Shown one piece after another: positions 15,296-28,359 of a DNA stretch of 64,000 nt; within the stretch, counting starts at the first letter, position 1; every line of letters begins with the position of its first letter. This DNA is from Yuukianura sp. NJ FZ-2021 (Eukaryota). Made by a program: the position numbers and the translations under genes. Location: NCBI GenBank assembly GCA_046563655.1, contig CM102283.1, positions 9,672,001-9,736,000 of the forward strand, written 5' to 3'. Under the pieces are notes generated by a model, which was not told where the DNA came from, made no database searches, and saw only the letters and a program-made list of their open reading frames with translations.

Positions 15296-16106
15296 GAGAG
15301 GCTAGCAGGTCTAACCGGCCCTAGCTGGTGCACTGAGCGATCAGCTGAGCAGCTGACCGGTCGCAGAGTAGGTCTACTTTCTCTTGAGAACCAATTAGAA
15401 AGTAGCGGTCAGCACGAATCGTAGCTGCGACCTGTTTGAAAAATCGGCTAGCTGCGACCAGTAGCCAAAAAAGAAGTTTTGGGGCTAGCTGCGACAAAAT
15501 CGACCTAGCAAGCCGTAGTTAGCACCAGAGAAGGTGCATGTTGTGCCATTATTTAGCACCAGTTTGAAAGTTAAAACAAAGGTTGGGTGTGTTTGTGGAT
15601 CAATAATGAGACGTTTGAGTTAAATGAATAGTCATGGAAGGGGAAAGTAGTTTTTAGTTGGACCAGAGCTGGTTCTAGTTTGGACTAAAACTGTTCTAAT
15701 AGAAACGCAAACACATTAAGCATGTCCGATTCCTTGAGTTAATTAGTTTTCTGAACAGAGTTTCCCTTGGACTCTGCCAGATTTATGGTTTGGTTCCCAC
15801 TGTGCCCACTTTTTCTCCAAAAGTTCAACTCTTTAGAACAGAACCAATTGGAGGAAACGGGCTTACCACTTTCTCTTTCCTTCAACTTCTATTTCCTCAA
15901 TGTCCATTTCCTCAACATGCCCATTTCCTCAAATCCTATTACTTTTTTTGAAGTTGAGGAGAAAGTGCTGAAATTGACTAGTTGTGTCTTTGTCTTTTCG
16001 TTGAGCCTGAGGCTAAGTCTTAAATCAAGCGTGGCATGTGTCTCTAATCAAAGTCAATTGTTTTGAACAATCGGCAGAGTAGTCGGATACGACGGACGAG
16101 GTGAGT
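15296..16106 (+). promoter_or_regulatory. Candidate promoter and non-coding first exon of LMO4
   Basis: A locally GC-rich patch has repeated TAGCTGCGAC and CAGCTG motifs, and a consensus donor GAG|GTGAGT lies at 16101. The first coding exon of LMO4 begins with an acceptor, so some upstream exon must exist. Confidence 0.3.
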
Positions 16107-19100
16107 GACCAATCCTCTGAATCCGTGAAAGGTGAAATATGTGAAAAATAATCAAGAGGAAAATGGACTTTGAAAGTGTCTTTTTCCATTCTTTCTAACT
16201 AGAATTTATGGTTTACTGTTCTTTAAACTTGATTGGGAATCTCATCATCATCTGTCATTTGTCAAAATTTTGAGAAGAAAAAAGCACGTGGAAACTTTCA
16301 ACTGTTTTGAAAAAGTTAGGTAAGGTTAGTTTTAAAGTTACAATTGGAGTGTAGTTTGTGCAGTACAGGTATGAAATGATGGATGTTTGTGAAAATCAAT
16401 GGAAAAGTGCATCATGGGTTGCGTTTGAAAGAGAAAAATCAATGGAGAAAATCAAGTATACCTTTATGTAAACTAAAAAAATGTTTGAATCTCCGCAATT
16501 TTCACCCCACTTGAACGTTCATTTGGTTCTTATTGTGTATGGATTGAGGCAGTACTTGCCAGCATCCTTGGGATTGCACGAAATATGCTACGCTTCATCA
16601 TTCCCCAAACTCACTTTTCACCCATCCCCACCTAGGGTTAACCCCACGACTTCAAATCAGGGTTATACAAATTTCAAAATTTTGAATTCTCACAAAAGTA
16701 AAAATTTCCACAAATTTTTGAAGTTTTGATTTCCTTCTGTAAATCTCTGCAAATCCTCAAAAATGTCTAAGATTTTTCAAGAATTGAAGGCCAGAAGTCA
16801 TATTACTGCGTGATTTGCTAGAAAACTGAAAGTTGAATTTTTGAATTGTGAAATTTTGAATCCTGGCGCGGTTTTTGGTGTAGTTTGGGCCGTGGGGTGA
16901 GTGAGCCCTTAAGGTTCCCTTGGAAGTTGAATGTGTTGATAATGAGGGGAGAGATGATCAGGCAGGCATTCATACCTGATTGCGAATTCTCTTGTGGCTA
17001 AAAGTCATGGACCAGGACACAAGTATTTGGATAATGACGCTTTTCAAACACTCCCGCCTTTTTCAAAATCAACTTCAGCAGTACTGGTCATCAGCAGCTT
17101 TGTCCTCAAGTCATTAATATTTGTGGGTCTCCCACGGTGAAAGCAAATGAGAAACTAAACGGGAAAAACTGTTCTCGAAATATCAAGAGTACAAAAGAAA
17201 ACTCAATTTCTAACTTTTTAAAACCAATTTCAAAAAGGATTTTCAAAAAACTTTTTTTTTGGTTGAAATTCCAACCGGTACGGCACAGCATGAACTCGTG
17301 TAATTTATAAATCAGAACCTCACGAAAAACCGATTGAAATTTTTTGTTTGAAAATGAAACAGTTTGAGAATGCAGTTGCGCAAGAGTGGTGTGGTTGGTT
17401 ACTGCTCATGCGCAATGAAAATTTCAGCCAATTAATAACCTCTGTTGATAATTTATTGGCACAAGAGTGACAGGAGAGAGTTACTAAAAAGCTGAACAAT
17501 CAGATTCTATCTCCATTGGTCATCAATTTTCATTAGGCAACCAAAATACAGTTGTTTAGTTGACCTCTGCGCAGAAGAAACTGCGCAGAAGAGTCACTGC
17601 GCCGACGCCAACTCGTCCTGTGGTCGTTGTCTCATTAGTTGTGCTTAGACTTGATTTATTTGACCTGTACGTAACCCCACTTACACAAATCATACTTTGT
17701 CACTTTTCATAAAAACGAGTTCTCATCTTCATTTTTGAGGAAACGACTAACTTTTTCTTGTTTTTTGAACTTTTTTTATGAGAACTCAATGACCTTTTGA
17801 GTGGAGCCACATTTGAATTTGTGTGGTTGAGAGAAATAATGGCGTCTACAGTTTTTATTTTGCAGGTTGTTAGTAACAATGAGTCATTAAAATGGAAGTT
17901 TGTGCTGGGCTAAGGGCACTTTGGCACTAAAAACCAAAAAGACTTTGCTTGTTCAACCTAAAAGTTAATTGAGCTTTTAAGCACATAAGCAGTTTACCTG
18001 TTCTGCAAGTAATTCCAAATTTCCAAGACGAAATAAAATTTATTTTAACTATCCAAACCATCCCACTTTTTTTAAATTCCACATTTCAAAAGTTACAAGA
18101 AAATAAAAAACAACTCTGCCCCTCCCTTATCATTTTCTGCAGGAAACAAACAAAATCCACTGCAAAATCCAAAATTTTGATTTCTGAACTGTAATTTCTG
18201 CGAATTTGCAAAATGCAACTGTTTTTTTAAGTTTTCAAATTTGAAAGAGCAAAGTTTTTTTTTGTTTGGGCGTAGAATTGATGATGAATGTGGTGCTAAT
18301 TGTGTGATTCATGAGATTTGAGAGAATTGGGCAATGCCACATAGGGGTTGGGATGACACAGGATGTCAATGGACAGGAGCCCTTAAAAGGCTAAGTAGGC
18401 TCACTTCAAGGGCCCTTATAAGGGCACACGCTCCCTCGCATCAACTGACAGCCTATTGTTTCAAAAAATTAACCAAATTATGATTCAAACATCTCATTTT
18501 GTACAAAGTGGAGCATTTTGTGAAATTTAATTTCAATTTGAAAACTTCTTAAACTTTGTCACTTTTATAAAAAGTTGACTTTGGCCTGGGGGTGGGGGTG
18601 GAAAATTGAGGGGGTGAAAAGAGAGGGTGAGTTTAAATTTTAAAGGTGTGGCTTTAAAAAGTGGTTCAATAAAACCCCAACTATCACCTCAGAATAATTA
18701 GTTAGTGTTTGTTAAAAAGTGGGTTTGGACTGCGCACACTCCCTTCTGCCCATGGCCTTGTCACAGGAATTGTCATCTGACCCAAAGATTCTTCTGCTCC
18801 GTCTAATTGGAACCTATGTTTCTAAAAAATGTTTTAAAAAGTAATCTCTTCTTGGAATCTTGGCATCTCTCCTAAATGAACAGAATCATTAAAAAAGAAC
18901 AATCTCCATCTTCATCTTTTCTTTTTAGTGGAAAAGTATTAGTAAACCAGTTTCAATTTAATTGAATTTCTTGATTTCAAACACTTTAAAACCTAATGTA
19001 AACTCTAACAAAAACCTAATGTAAAGTCTAACTTTTTCTCTTAGTTAGCATTGCGGATGCAATTTTTTGTTTTTTTGAAGTGTGAATAATTCTTGTGACG

Positions 19101-22100
19101 TGTCACTTTATTTTACGATAATTAGTTTGCCCTTCTTCTTCTTCCTCTGCAGAAGTTGTAAGTTTCTTAATTGACAGCAGAATCAAATGCCAAACAGCCA
19201 ACTTTTTACATCGTCCAATTATAAAATGTAAATGTAAATTGTAAATTTTACGAATTTACATTTTTTGCATTTCCAATTGTACTTTTTGTTTTTTGGCTCT
19301 TCAACAGGTGAAATACTCGTCTAATTTTAATATAAATGGAAACAGTTTGCAATTTGTTAGGAACAGCAGGGAATGAATGGTGGATTGATTAAAAGTTTCA
19401 AGTAGAGCGGCACACGCCTCTAAAAACTTTTTTTTTGTTATAGTTTGCGCATGCGTTAGTCCAGTTATTACGTCTCTGCTTAGCGGAACTTTTTGTGGAT
19501 AGCAATTAATTTTGAAAGTTTTAATTTCCTTGTTCTGATCTTTTAGTTGGATCTCTGAATGAGGATATTTGATTTCATGTTCTCATTATTCATTACAATA
19601 CACAGTATTTGTTTGTTCTTTGTCTTGCGTGGGGCAACTTGAGACTTTTCAGTTGATGTTGAATTTAATCAAAGTAATAAATCTGGCTTCTGTCATCTTA
19701 TTATGCAGTGACCTCTGGGTCATTAAAAGTTGACCTTGGTCTTGTACGGCCTAAAAAGGCGGATGGCGTGCTGGCAGCAACGAGCGGATGAATTCAAAAA
19801 GTTTTTGTACTTTTTAGTTCTTGTACTTTTAAGTTTTTGTGATATGCTTAATAAGTTTTTAGTGGCGCACGTATCTAAAGTTTTTTTTTTTTGAAAGTGA
19901 ATAACAAAAGGAACAAAGAGACTCATTTCTTGATGCTAATACATAATTAAGTGGTTCTGTGATTACCATGATATTTCTCAAGTTTCAAAAGACCGGTTAT
20001 TAGTTACGTACAAAAAAAAAAGTGGAAAAATACATTTTTTGAAAAAAAAATGAAAATTTGAACTTCGCTGAATTTACAAATTTCGGTGGAATGTTGGTTG
20101 AGGGAAGCGTAGAAGGGCCAGGCCTATAATTACCTCACAAATTATGACCGTACGTTGTACAAAACCTAATAATTATTGCAGCAGAAAGAATTTCTGCGGA
20201 GGCTCTCTAAATTGCACAGGATTGTTAAATTGCTTCTGAAATATTTTATGTTATTATATTGCTTTTGTGATCATTAGAGTTAAACCTTAGTATGTTTTTA
20301 GTGTATTGACACGGGGGTTGGTCTGATTGAGGTTGGTTGTGCGCCGAAGCGATGCTTAGAACAAACATAATGACGCCAGGGTGTTGGACGGTAACAAATT
20401 TTTTGCAATTATTAATTAACCCCTGCGGCCCATCTTCTAATTGGAACAACAATTATTCTCCCTCTGCTTCCTGTTCGCACTACCCTTAACATCCATTCTA
20501 CTTTATCTGATCATCACAGTTACTTGCTCCTTTTTCACAACAATTATACGGCACAAAAAGCTTCTTTTCTAAAACATACGGCACAAAAGGTTCCAAAATG
20601 GCGCCACACGCAAATATTTAAAATTTAACTGCCTGAATTATGTCATTACCGATTCGCTGCGGACGAAGGAACATGAATTTTTTAACTCAGAAAAAAAAGT
20701 TGCCCCAGAACGCTTCCAAATCCAAAGAAATAAAAAATGAACAACTTTTTTTTTCATTTTTTTTTAAAAAGTCGAAAGTTGGAACAATTTGTCTTTGGTT
20801 TTATTGAATTGACGTGTCTAGAGGGCTTTGTGATGAAATATTAAAGGCAAAAAGTTGCTTCAAGGTTCCACAAAATTGGAGATGGAGAGAGTGCTTAATA
20901 ATTGAACATTTTTAACGATTATTTCATAGGATTTTTAACTAATAATTTAGTCTTGGGAGAGGCGTAGATTGCTCCAAGCACTTTTAACTTTTAAATTCTA
21001 ACATGCTATGTTTTTTAGTAAAAAGTGAGAGTGACCTTTGACCTGGAGGGATGATTATGGAGTGTATGGTTATTAAAGATGCTTAATTCATGGTATCCTT
21101 ATGCTATGATTATCGTCTAGACTCCGACACCTCCCATTTTCCACAAAAGATCCCGAGTTGAGATGAAGTTCCACTTATTAATGATAGGCCATGAAAATTA
21201 AAGGGGCTCAAGTTAAAATTTCACCAGGGGCTCACTATTCCTCGGAATTTCTCAGAAAAGTTTTAAGGGGGTGACTAAAAGTTGGAACTGGGTGAAAAAT
21301 GGTTAATTAAGAGTCTGGAAGGTGTGATATAATTGAAATTTGGAGTTGTTTAGGACATAGTATCTGAGTTATCTTGTCATTAGGGTGACCATGGTCCATG
21401 ACAGAGTTGTCCGAGGAATAGTGTGTCCCAGTTGAGTTAATGGTCGGAGTGACAGTGTGGGCTAATGAGCTCATCCTCTTGTAACTTCGTATCTTAATGG
21501 AATGGTTTCTACTTAATGAAGGTTGGACATAGGGGAATCACGGCACGTCTCAAGCCTAATCCTAAGGTTAGGTTAAGGTTAAGGGAAGGAAGTGGAACAT
21601 GGACGAAGAGAGAGTCCTAATTGGGCGTAATGGAAGGGAGGAGGGAATGTTTAATTCGATTACTTCAACTGCTGCTCCTTAACTACAGCCTTGGATCATG
21701 CCCAATTAAACCAAGAACCCCACTCTACTAATCACCAACACAGGGGTTCCCATCAGTTGACCCCCGACTCTCACCAGTGAACCACCAAACTCAAAAACCC
21801 CCGCCAAAATATCTTTTCAAAACTCAAAACGGCCACAAAATCACTTTTTAGCAGATTGAAACGGCACAAAACTCAATTTTTAGAACTCAAAACGGTGCAA
21901 AACTCAATTTTTTAAAAAAAGTTTTGTGGTTAAAATGTTTCTTGGGACTGAGAATTGTAAGACAGTAGATATGTGTTCAAAAAAAATTTTTTTGTAGAAT
22001 TTCGAATTTTTTTTTCTTGAGAAATTGATGTTTTTTGAGTAGTTTTTGGTGAAAGTTTTAAAGTTGATTTTGATTTTTTGCAGATTGCGCCGCCACAGTG

Positions 22101-22176
22101 CTACCAGCGCCAAGAGGACTTTGTTGATTTTGGTCCAGCGTCGAGAGACCCAGCAGCCACCATTGTGGGTCGGAGG

Positions 22177-25100
22177 ATGCTGAACAACGGGCATGGGGGG
22201 ATGCCAGAAGGGGGGCATGCCGGGGGGCACGCCATGTACGGTGGGGGGCACCCCGGGGGTCCCGTGGAGTACAAGTATGACCCCTCAAATGGACCTGTTG
22301 AGTACAAGTTTGACCCCTCGAAAGGGGGGCACTTGGACTACAAATACGACCCTTCTAAGGGACCTGTGGGGGACTACAAATATGACCATCCCAGCAACTA
22401 CCTCGGGGGACCCTCTCCTCCGGGGGGTATGAATGGAGCGGGGGGTCATCACTCGGGGGGCTACTGCAGCCAAATGTCATTCAACAGGAATAATCAGTGC
22501 CCTCCCAACACAAAGGTAAGTTCAAATCAAATTTATTTTGGCGGGAAAATTTAAATTTCAAATAATCTAGAAACATTTTCACCTCCTCCTCCTCCTCCTC
22601 CGGATTGAATAATTTGGTGAAAGTGGTCAGGATGAAGTAATGTTTTTAGTGAGATGGAATTGAGCCTAACCCTTTGACTTTTCTTGAGTAAAAAGTTGAA
22701 GGAAGTGCTTTCTCCAGTTTGTTGTGCAGAGGGAAAGAAGCTCTTTAGCAAATTAGAAAACGGCTTCGCCTCTTTCCAGCTCAATCTATAAGCCAGCAGC
22801 ATCCAGTAGTACTGCCAGTACTACTGCCAGTACTCCAACCTTTTAACATTTGAGCCAAAGCCAAAGCTTTCTCCAAGCAACGAGAAAAACTTTGGTTTTT
22901 GCTTACTTTTTTGCCCCGGCGCATCTTGACAAATTGAATGAAATTATACTCAACTTTTTCCACTCTTTTTTTAGCTGAGGAAACTTTGTGTTTCGTACAA
23001 GAGTTGTAAGTGGAGGGTTCCTCTAAAGGATTTTATTTATGGTATAAATTAGGTGATTTATGCTTATTATGTCCAAGTGAGAGATGGATTCTAATCCATT
23101 TCCGTTGGATTTGAACGACGACGTTATTAGCAAAAGCTTCTTCAATTTCAATTTCTCTAATGCAATGCTTATACTCAACTAGAAGGTTCCCTACTTTCAC
23201 TTTCACCCACGAAAAAAAAAACTCCCGCAAAAAAACAGATCAGTGAAAGTGGTTCTCTCCAAAATAACAAACTCAAAGTATAAAAACAGAAAACATCAAC
23301 TTGATTTGTACACCAAAAATGCCGACTTTTGCTTTTCATTTTTACCCAGAAAAATTACATAAACTAACTTTTGACCTTTGACCTTCGCAAAATTTAAAAC
23401 TTGAGATCATTTCTCAAAATTTGAAACTCTCAAAATAAAAAGGTGAAATTTGGGGTCAGAAGGTCACAAAAGTCAGATTCGGAGGTCAAAAAGTCAGAAG
23501 AAGCAGTTGATTAAGCAATGTTGTTCCAGTTTAACATTCGAAATTTGGTGAAAGTTGAATTTGTTAAAAGTGAAATTTGAAATTTGGCCCTGGAAGTTGT
23601 AATGATGTGGATAGATAGTTGGGGTTTTAATTGAAGGCGGATGTAATTTAGTAATCAAACAAACAGTGCTTGATTGATCTTCTCTTCCTCTGGGCTAGAG
23701 GAAGACTCAAATTTTGATTAATTAACTATTCCCTCAGACTCCGGGAAAATTCAAATGCTAAGCTTAGGAGAAAGCGGCGGGAGAGTTTAAGTTTGAGCTG
23801 CCTGTCGTTCGTGGTGAAGTTGATTAAATCTTTATTGACCTTCTCTGTCTCATCTCCACACAATAATTAAGAAAAGGAGGCTGAATTGGAATTCTCCTAC
23901 AAATTATAAACATTAGTCAACTCAAACCTTAAGCCAAAACATGTCTTAATTAACTTTTCTCGTTAGCAGTTGAGAGAAAAGAGAGAGAGAAATCGATTAG
24001 AAAGTTTGCATTTTCTCAGAAAATCAACCGACCTGGAAACTTTGAATTATTTTCAAAATTTCGAAATTTTGGACTAAATTTTTTCGTTTTTACAGTATTT
24101 TTGTAGTGGGTGTCAAGGTCCAATACTGGAGCGATTCGTGTTCAAATGTTTGGACCAACACTGGCACCATTCCTGTCTCAAATGTTCCCTCTGCTTTGCT
24201 CCGCTCGCAGACGTCGGCACGTCCTGCTTCACACGTGATGGAATGATCCTCTGCAAGAAGGACTACCAAAGCCTCAGGTAACTTTTCAAAAAATTACTTT
24301 TCAAAAAATTTAAAAAAAAAAAAATATTCCAACTTCGTTTTTACCTCAACTTTACACGTTGAGGAAGCGTTTCAATTTTGACGATCGGTGGAAAATGAGC
24401 TGTTGACATGAAAACTTTCAACTCCCGCCTTTTTTAGTGGATTTGAAACTGTGAAAATTTGGAGTTGAACAAATTTTAAGAACTTTCGAATGTTGTGAAG
24501 CGTTTTTCTCTCTTTTTCTGGAGCAGTTTCTCTCTTTTTTGAGAGAAGATGAAGAGTGAGTTGCAGTCTAACTTAAGAATGGATCGTCCGTGTCTGGGAA
24601 GATGAATGCCTACTTTGTGTTGAAGTTGATTCGGTTTTGTGGAGTCATTGGATAAGTTGTGGCTCTCCATTTTGTAGTTTCCTAAATTCTGAACATTTGA
24701 ACAAACCGGTCCCCTGTGACCTTGGTTCGTCTTGAACTTGTTCCGGAAGAGGCTTTTGTAGCTCCTGGGCTGAGCAGTGGAAGCGTTTAACTCAATTTTG
24801 ACTTGAGAAAATGGGTGGAGAGAAGAGAGAAAGTGAGTGTGAAAGTGAAAGTAAGTAGGGATTAAGTGGATGTTAGACCAAGAACTTAGCACATCCTTCC
24901 CCACTTCCACTACACAACTAAAAAGTAAAAGTAAAAGCAAAAAGTTGGTGTGTCAAGGAAATGCTTAGGTAAACAGCACTTGGAAGCCTAAGATTTTGAA
25001 TCTCCCGGGAAAAAGAAAGCACTCGGAAGTGAGGTTTTGCTTTCTAAATTTGAGTAGTCATGAATTAAGAAAATACTAAAAGTATCTTAACATTTCTAGA

Positions 25101-28100
25101 ATTTGGAAGCAGTTTTAGGTTTAGATTAGGCTAAAGTTAGGTTTTTGGTTAGGTTAAGAAGAAAGTGTTTAGAATTCAAGTGAGGAAGGCTCCCCTGGAC
25201 ATTGTTGTGGAAAAGACAAGTCTGTGGGGATTAATTCCTTTCCTGTTGAGCCAATTAATACACAATTCAAACCTTAACCAAAGCCAATCCTCACTGAAAA
25301 ATTGCTTTCTCCTAAAAAAAATTCAAAAAAACTTTTTTTTTAAAGTTTTTTTTTGTTGAAAAAGTGACTTTTAGAAATGTGAAAGCAGCTTAAGTTGTAA
25401 GCGGACTAGCACGTGACCTGTTTCCTTGATCTGGAACTAATTCCTTCCAATCCTGTTAAGCGCAGCTCAAAACCTTCATTTTTCGCGGGAAAAGTTGAGC
25501 TTCTTAAACTTAACTTTTTCTTAGCTTTTTCTTAATTTCTTGTTCAGGTTAAGCTATAACTTGACAGAAGTTATGATGACAACGATTAGGTTGGAAATGG
25601 GAGTTGAGGGGCTTTGAGTCTGATTGTGTCTCTGTCACTTTGTCACAATAAACTTGTCTTTTGGAGGGAGTAACTATTTGGAGGGAGTAACTATTTCAGA
25701 GGAAAGTGAGGAAATGGAGAGAGGAAATAAGAGAGAGTGAGGTAATGGGGTCGATTAGGAAATGAAGACGTGTTGGTAGGGATAATGAGATGGAGTGAAC
25801 TTTGACACCTTCGGAACAATGGACCATGAATACCAAGTGACCAACCAATTACCCCTCATCCCTCATCTTACAAAACCTAAGCTAAACCTAACCTAAAACA
25901 AGAACTTAGCCTAACGTCAAACAAAAAGTTAGGTTTAGAAATGAGCGTCACGTTTCAGACTGATTACGCTGTGGCTTTTCCTCCAGTCTCTTCAAAAACA
26001 GAGTTTGAATTTTTAGTGAGTTTTAATAGGGGGTGGAAATGGGACTTCAAAGTAACTTTTTTAAGTTAGTTTTTATTTTTTGACTAAGAGACAAATTTTT
26101 GACAAAATTTTTGACTTTTTTGACTAACTCAAAATTCTTTGCAGTGGATTTTACTAATATCCAGCAGTTTAGGCTCTTCCGCTCCACCAATCATTTTTTC
26201 CCGCTGAAAATCAGGAATGTTCTGGCCGCGAAGGCGTTCCGTCAAAACTCGGATTTTGAGCAAATCCACTCGTCCTGTTTTGGAGCTAAAAAACAAACAA
26301 AAAATTCAAATATTTTTTTTTCAAATTTTGAATTTGTGAAATTTTTTCCGCTTACATAAAGTCAGATTTCCAGCCGTGTCCAGTCATTGACTTCCGCTTG
26401 TCCCAGAGTTCTGGCCGATACTTGTCAGGGGCCATGTCATAGTTCAGTTTTTCTTGAGGGCGAGCCGACATAGAACTGTTGAAGCCAAATTTGAAATCTT
26501 TTTTGGCGGGAAAAATGGGTTCGGGAGTGTAGTGACCAGGGCCGGGACACTCTTTTTTGGGTGGCCAAAGAGGTGACACGAGTGTCATGCGCTCTCCGGT
26601 GACACTTCGAAAGCGTTCCGTCGGCGCGAGTTTTCCTTTGTGGTGGTTGCAGCAATTGCTTAGTTGTTGTTTCAGCGATGTCCGGATATTGTACTGCCCT
26701 GGACCAAGTGAATTTACTTTGCGTGTCTGGAAGTACCCATAAGGTATGACATCACGAGGGGCAGAGTACAGGTTATAAGGGCCCTTGATACTTGTCTGCT
26801 TGTCCAAAAGTTGCTCTATTCCTGTTTTGAACTTTACCAAAACAAGATCTTCAAAAAAAAAATCAAAATTTTGAAATTTTTAGTTAGAGTTTTACGCGGT
26901 ATGTGCCAGGACCCGGATTTTTTTCCTTGACAGCCATGACTGTCCGGACGTCACACGGCCCTGATTCGAACAGTGTCACTTTCCCAGCATGTTTGCATTT
27001 GTCACACGCCTTTTCCCACGTCTCATACGGGTCACCATAGCTACCCGGTCCGGGCATCGTCGCCACCTCGGTTTGTTTTTCTTCCGGAAATCGCTCGGTA
27101 CAGTTCGTCATGACACCTCGGATGGCCTCCCTTGCGTGACATTTGAGGATCTTGTCATAGTCAACGTCATAAGTGCCTGGACCAATCCGAGTTGGCTCCA
27201 CCTCCTTGATGTAGCGGAATCTGCGCAGAATCAGGGCCGGAAGTCTGTAAACTGGTTCCATGTTGTTCAACTCTTGACGCCAAACGGACCGTGACCAACG
27301 ACGATGCAGCGTCTCCGTGACATCTTTGGTCGGATCAGGGTCCGCTCCCCTTCGACCTGTCTTTTCCTTGGCCAAGTAGAATTGACCTGCCTGGGTCACT
27401 TCCAGTGGTGCCGTGGGTTCAAATCCGTCTTGGTGAGCTGACCGTTGCGCCATGACAGTGAAACTGCTAAAGTCTCCGTCATTTTCGGCGGGAAGTGGCG
27501 ACAGGCGGCCCTGCAGTTCCTCTGTCGTGTCACCCTCCTCGTCTTCTGATTGGTCAATTTTTTGAGCTGCCTCTTCCTCTGCAAGTTGCGTTTCAACTTG
27601 ATTCTGCAGAATCAATTTCAAAAAGTGGGGCAAAACTAGCTTCGGCGGAATCGGTTTCTGGCGGACCATTTTGCCAATGTTTCGAAAAAGATTTTTTTCA
27701 AAAAAAGTTCCAAATTCTTTTACTGTTTTTTATTTGGCTCGTCGCAAAATTTGCGATTCACGGAACCTCGGAATTGGCACACATGTCGAATGGGATGAAA
27801 ATTGCAAAAAAAAAATGTTTGTGGACTACTGGTTTGATTTGAGTTATTGGTTGACAGGGCAACAAAAATATTGAATGGATTTTTGAAAAGTGAGGTTTTG
27901 AAATTTCGAAATTTTGAAAAAGTGTATTTTGTTTTTCAGGATAGCGAGTGGGACCTGTAACCTGTGTGGTCAAGGAATAGCTCCGACAGAGTTTGTTATG
28001 CGAGCGGGTGGGGCCCATGGTGGCGTGAGTCCCACGTTAGTGTTTCATGTCAACTGTTTTCAGTGTTCGAAGTGCAAGTGCTTACTCAATACCGGTGATC

Positions 28101-28359
28101 GATACTCAGTGGTAAATGGTGCCGTATTCTGTGAACAGGATGCTCTCAAGGTAATGTCGAAAAAAAAAAGTTCAGAAAAACTTGCAAGTTTTCAAAATTT
28201 CGAATTTAGAAAAAATGTAGAATCTGGTTTAAAATTGAATTGCAGCTAATAAAGAACGGTATTGGAAGTCCATCGAATGCTCATGTTCCCAACTCCAATG
28301 GTCCAGCAGTCCCACCGAAGAAGGGAAAGGTGGGACGACCGAGGAGAAGTAGAGACTGA
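22177..28359 (+). CDS. LMO4: LIM-domain-only protein LMO4-like, ~281 aa; join(22177..22515,24096..24277,27940..28150,28246..28359)
   Basis: All introns are GT-AG and phase-consistent (0,2,0). LIM1 is CSGCQGPILERFVFKCLDQHWHHSCLKCSLC...LCKKDY and LIM2 is CNLCGQGIAPTEFVMRA...VFHVNCFQCSKC...GDRYSVVNGAVFCEQD. There is no homeodomain. The C-terminus KGKVGRPRRSRD* matches my recollection of arthropod LMO4 orthologues. An acceptor at 22083 implies an upstream non-coding exon, so the start ATG is inferred. Confidence 0.9.
26129..27669 (-). CDS. SHIPPO/PGPGxY-repeat protein, CIMAP2/LEXM (C1orf177)-like, ~468 aa; complement(join(26129..26285,26356..26831,26896..27669)); nested in an LMO4 intron
   Basis: Five GPGxY motifs: IGPGTY, PGPGSY, PGPGTY, LGPGQY, PGPGHY. 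Splicing gives PGPGTYR-FKTGIEQLLDKQTSIKGPYNLYSAPRDVIPYGYF, which resembles the LEXM/CIMAP2 segment from memory. Introns 26832..26895 and 26286..26355 are GT-AG and keep the frame. Confidence 0.75.

Noticed and set aside
1100-22000. Many 60-140 aa ORFs in the track and scattered strong donors (e.g. ~5391, ~12650)
   Set aside because: Their F/K/L-rich composition reflects A/T runs, many use non-ATG starts, and none has recognisable homology. The donors may belong to UTR exons but cannot be assigned.
21904-22473. Several antisense and alternative-frame ORFs over the first LMO4 coding exon
   Set aside because: They are shadow ORFs of a GC-rich exon.
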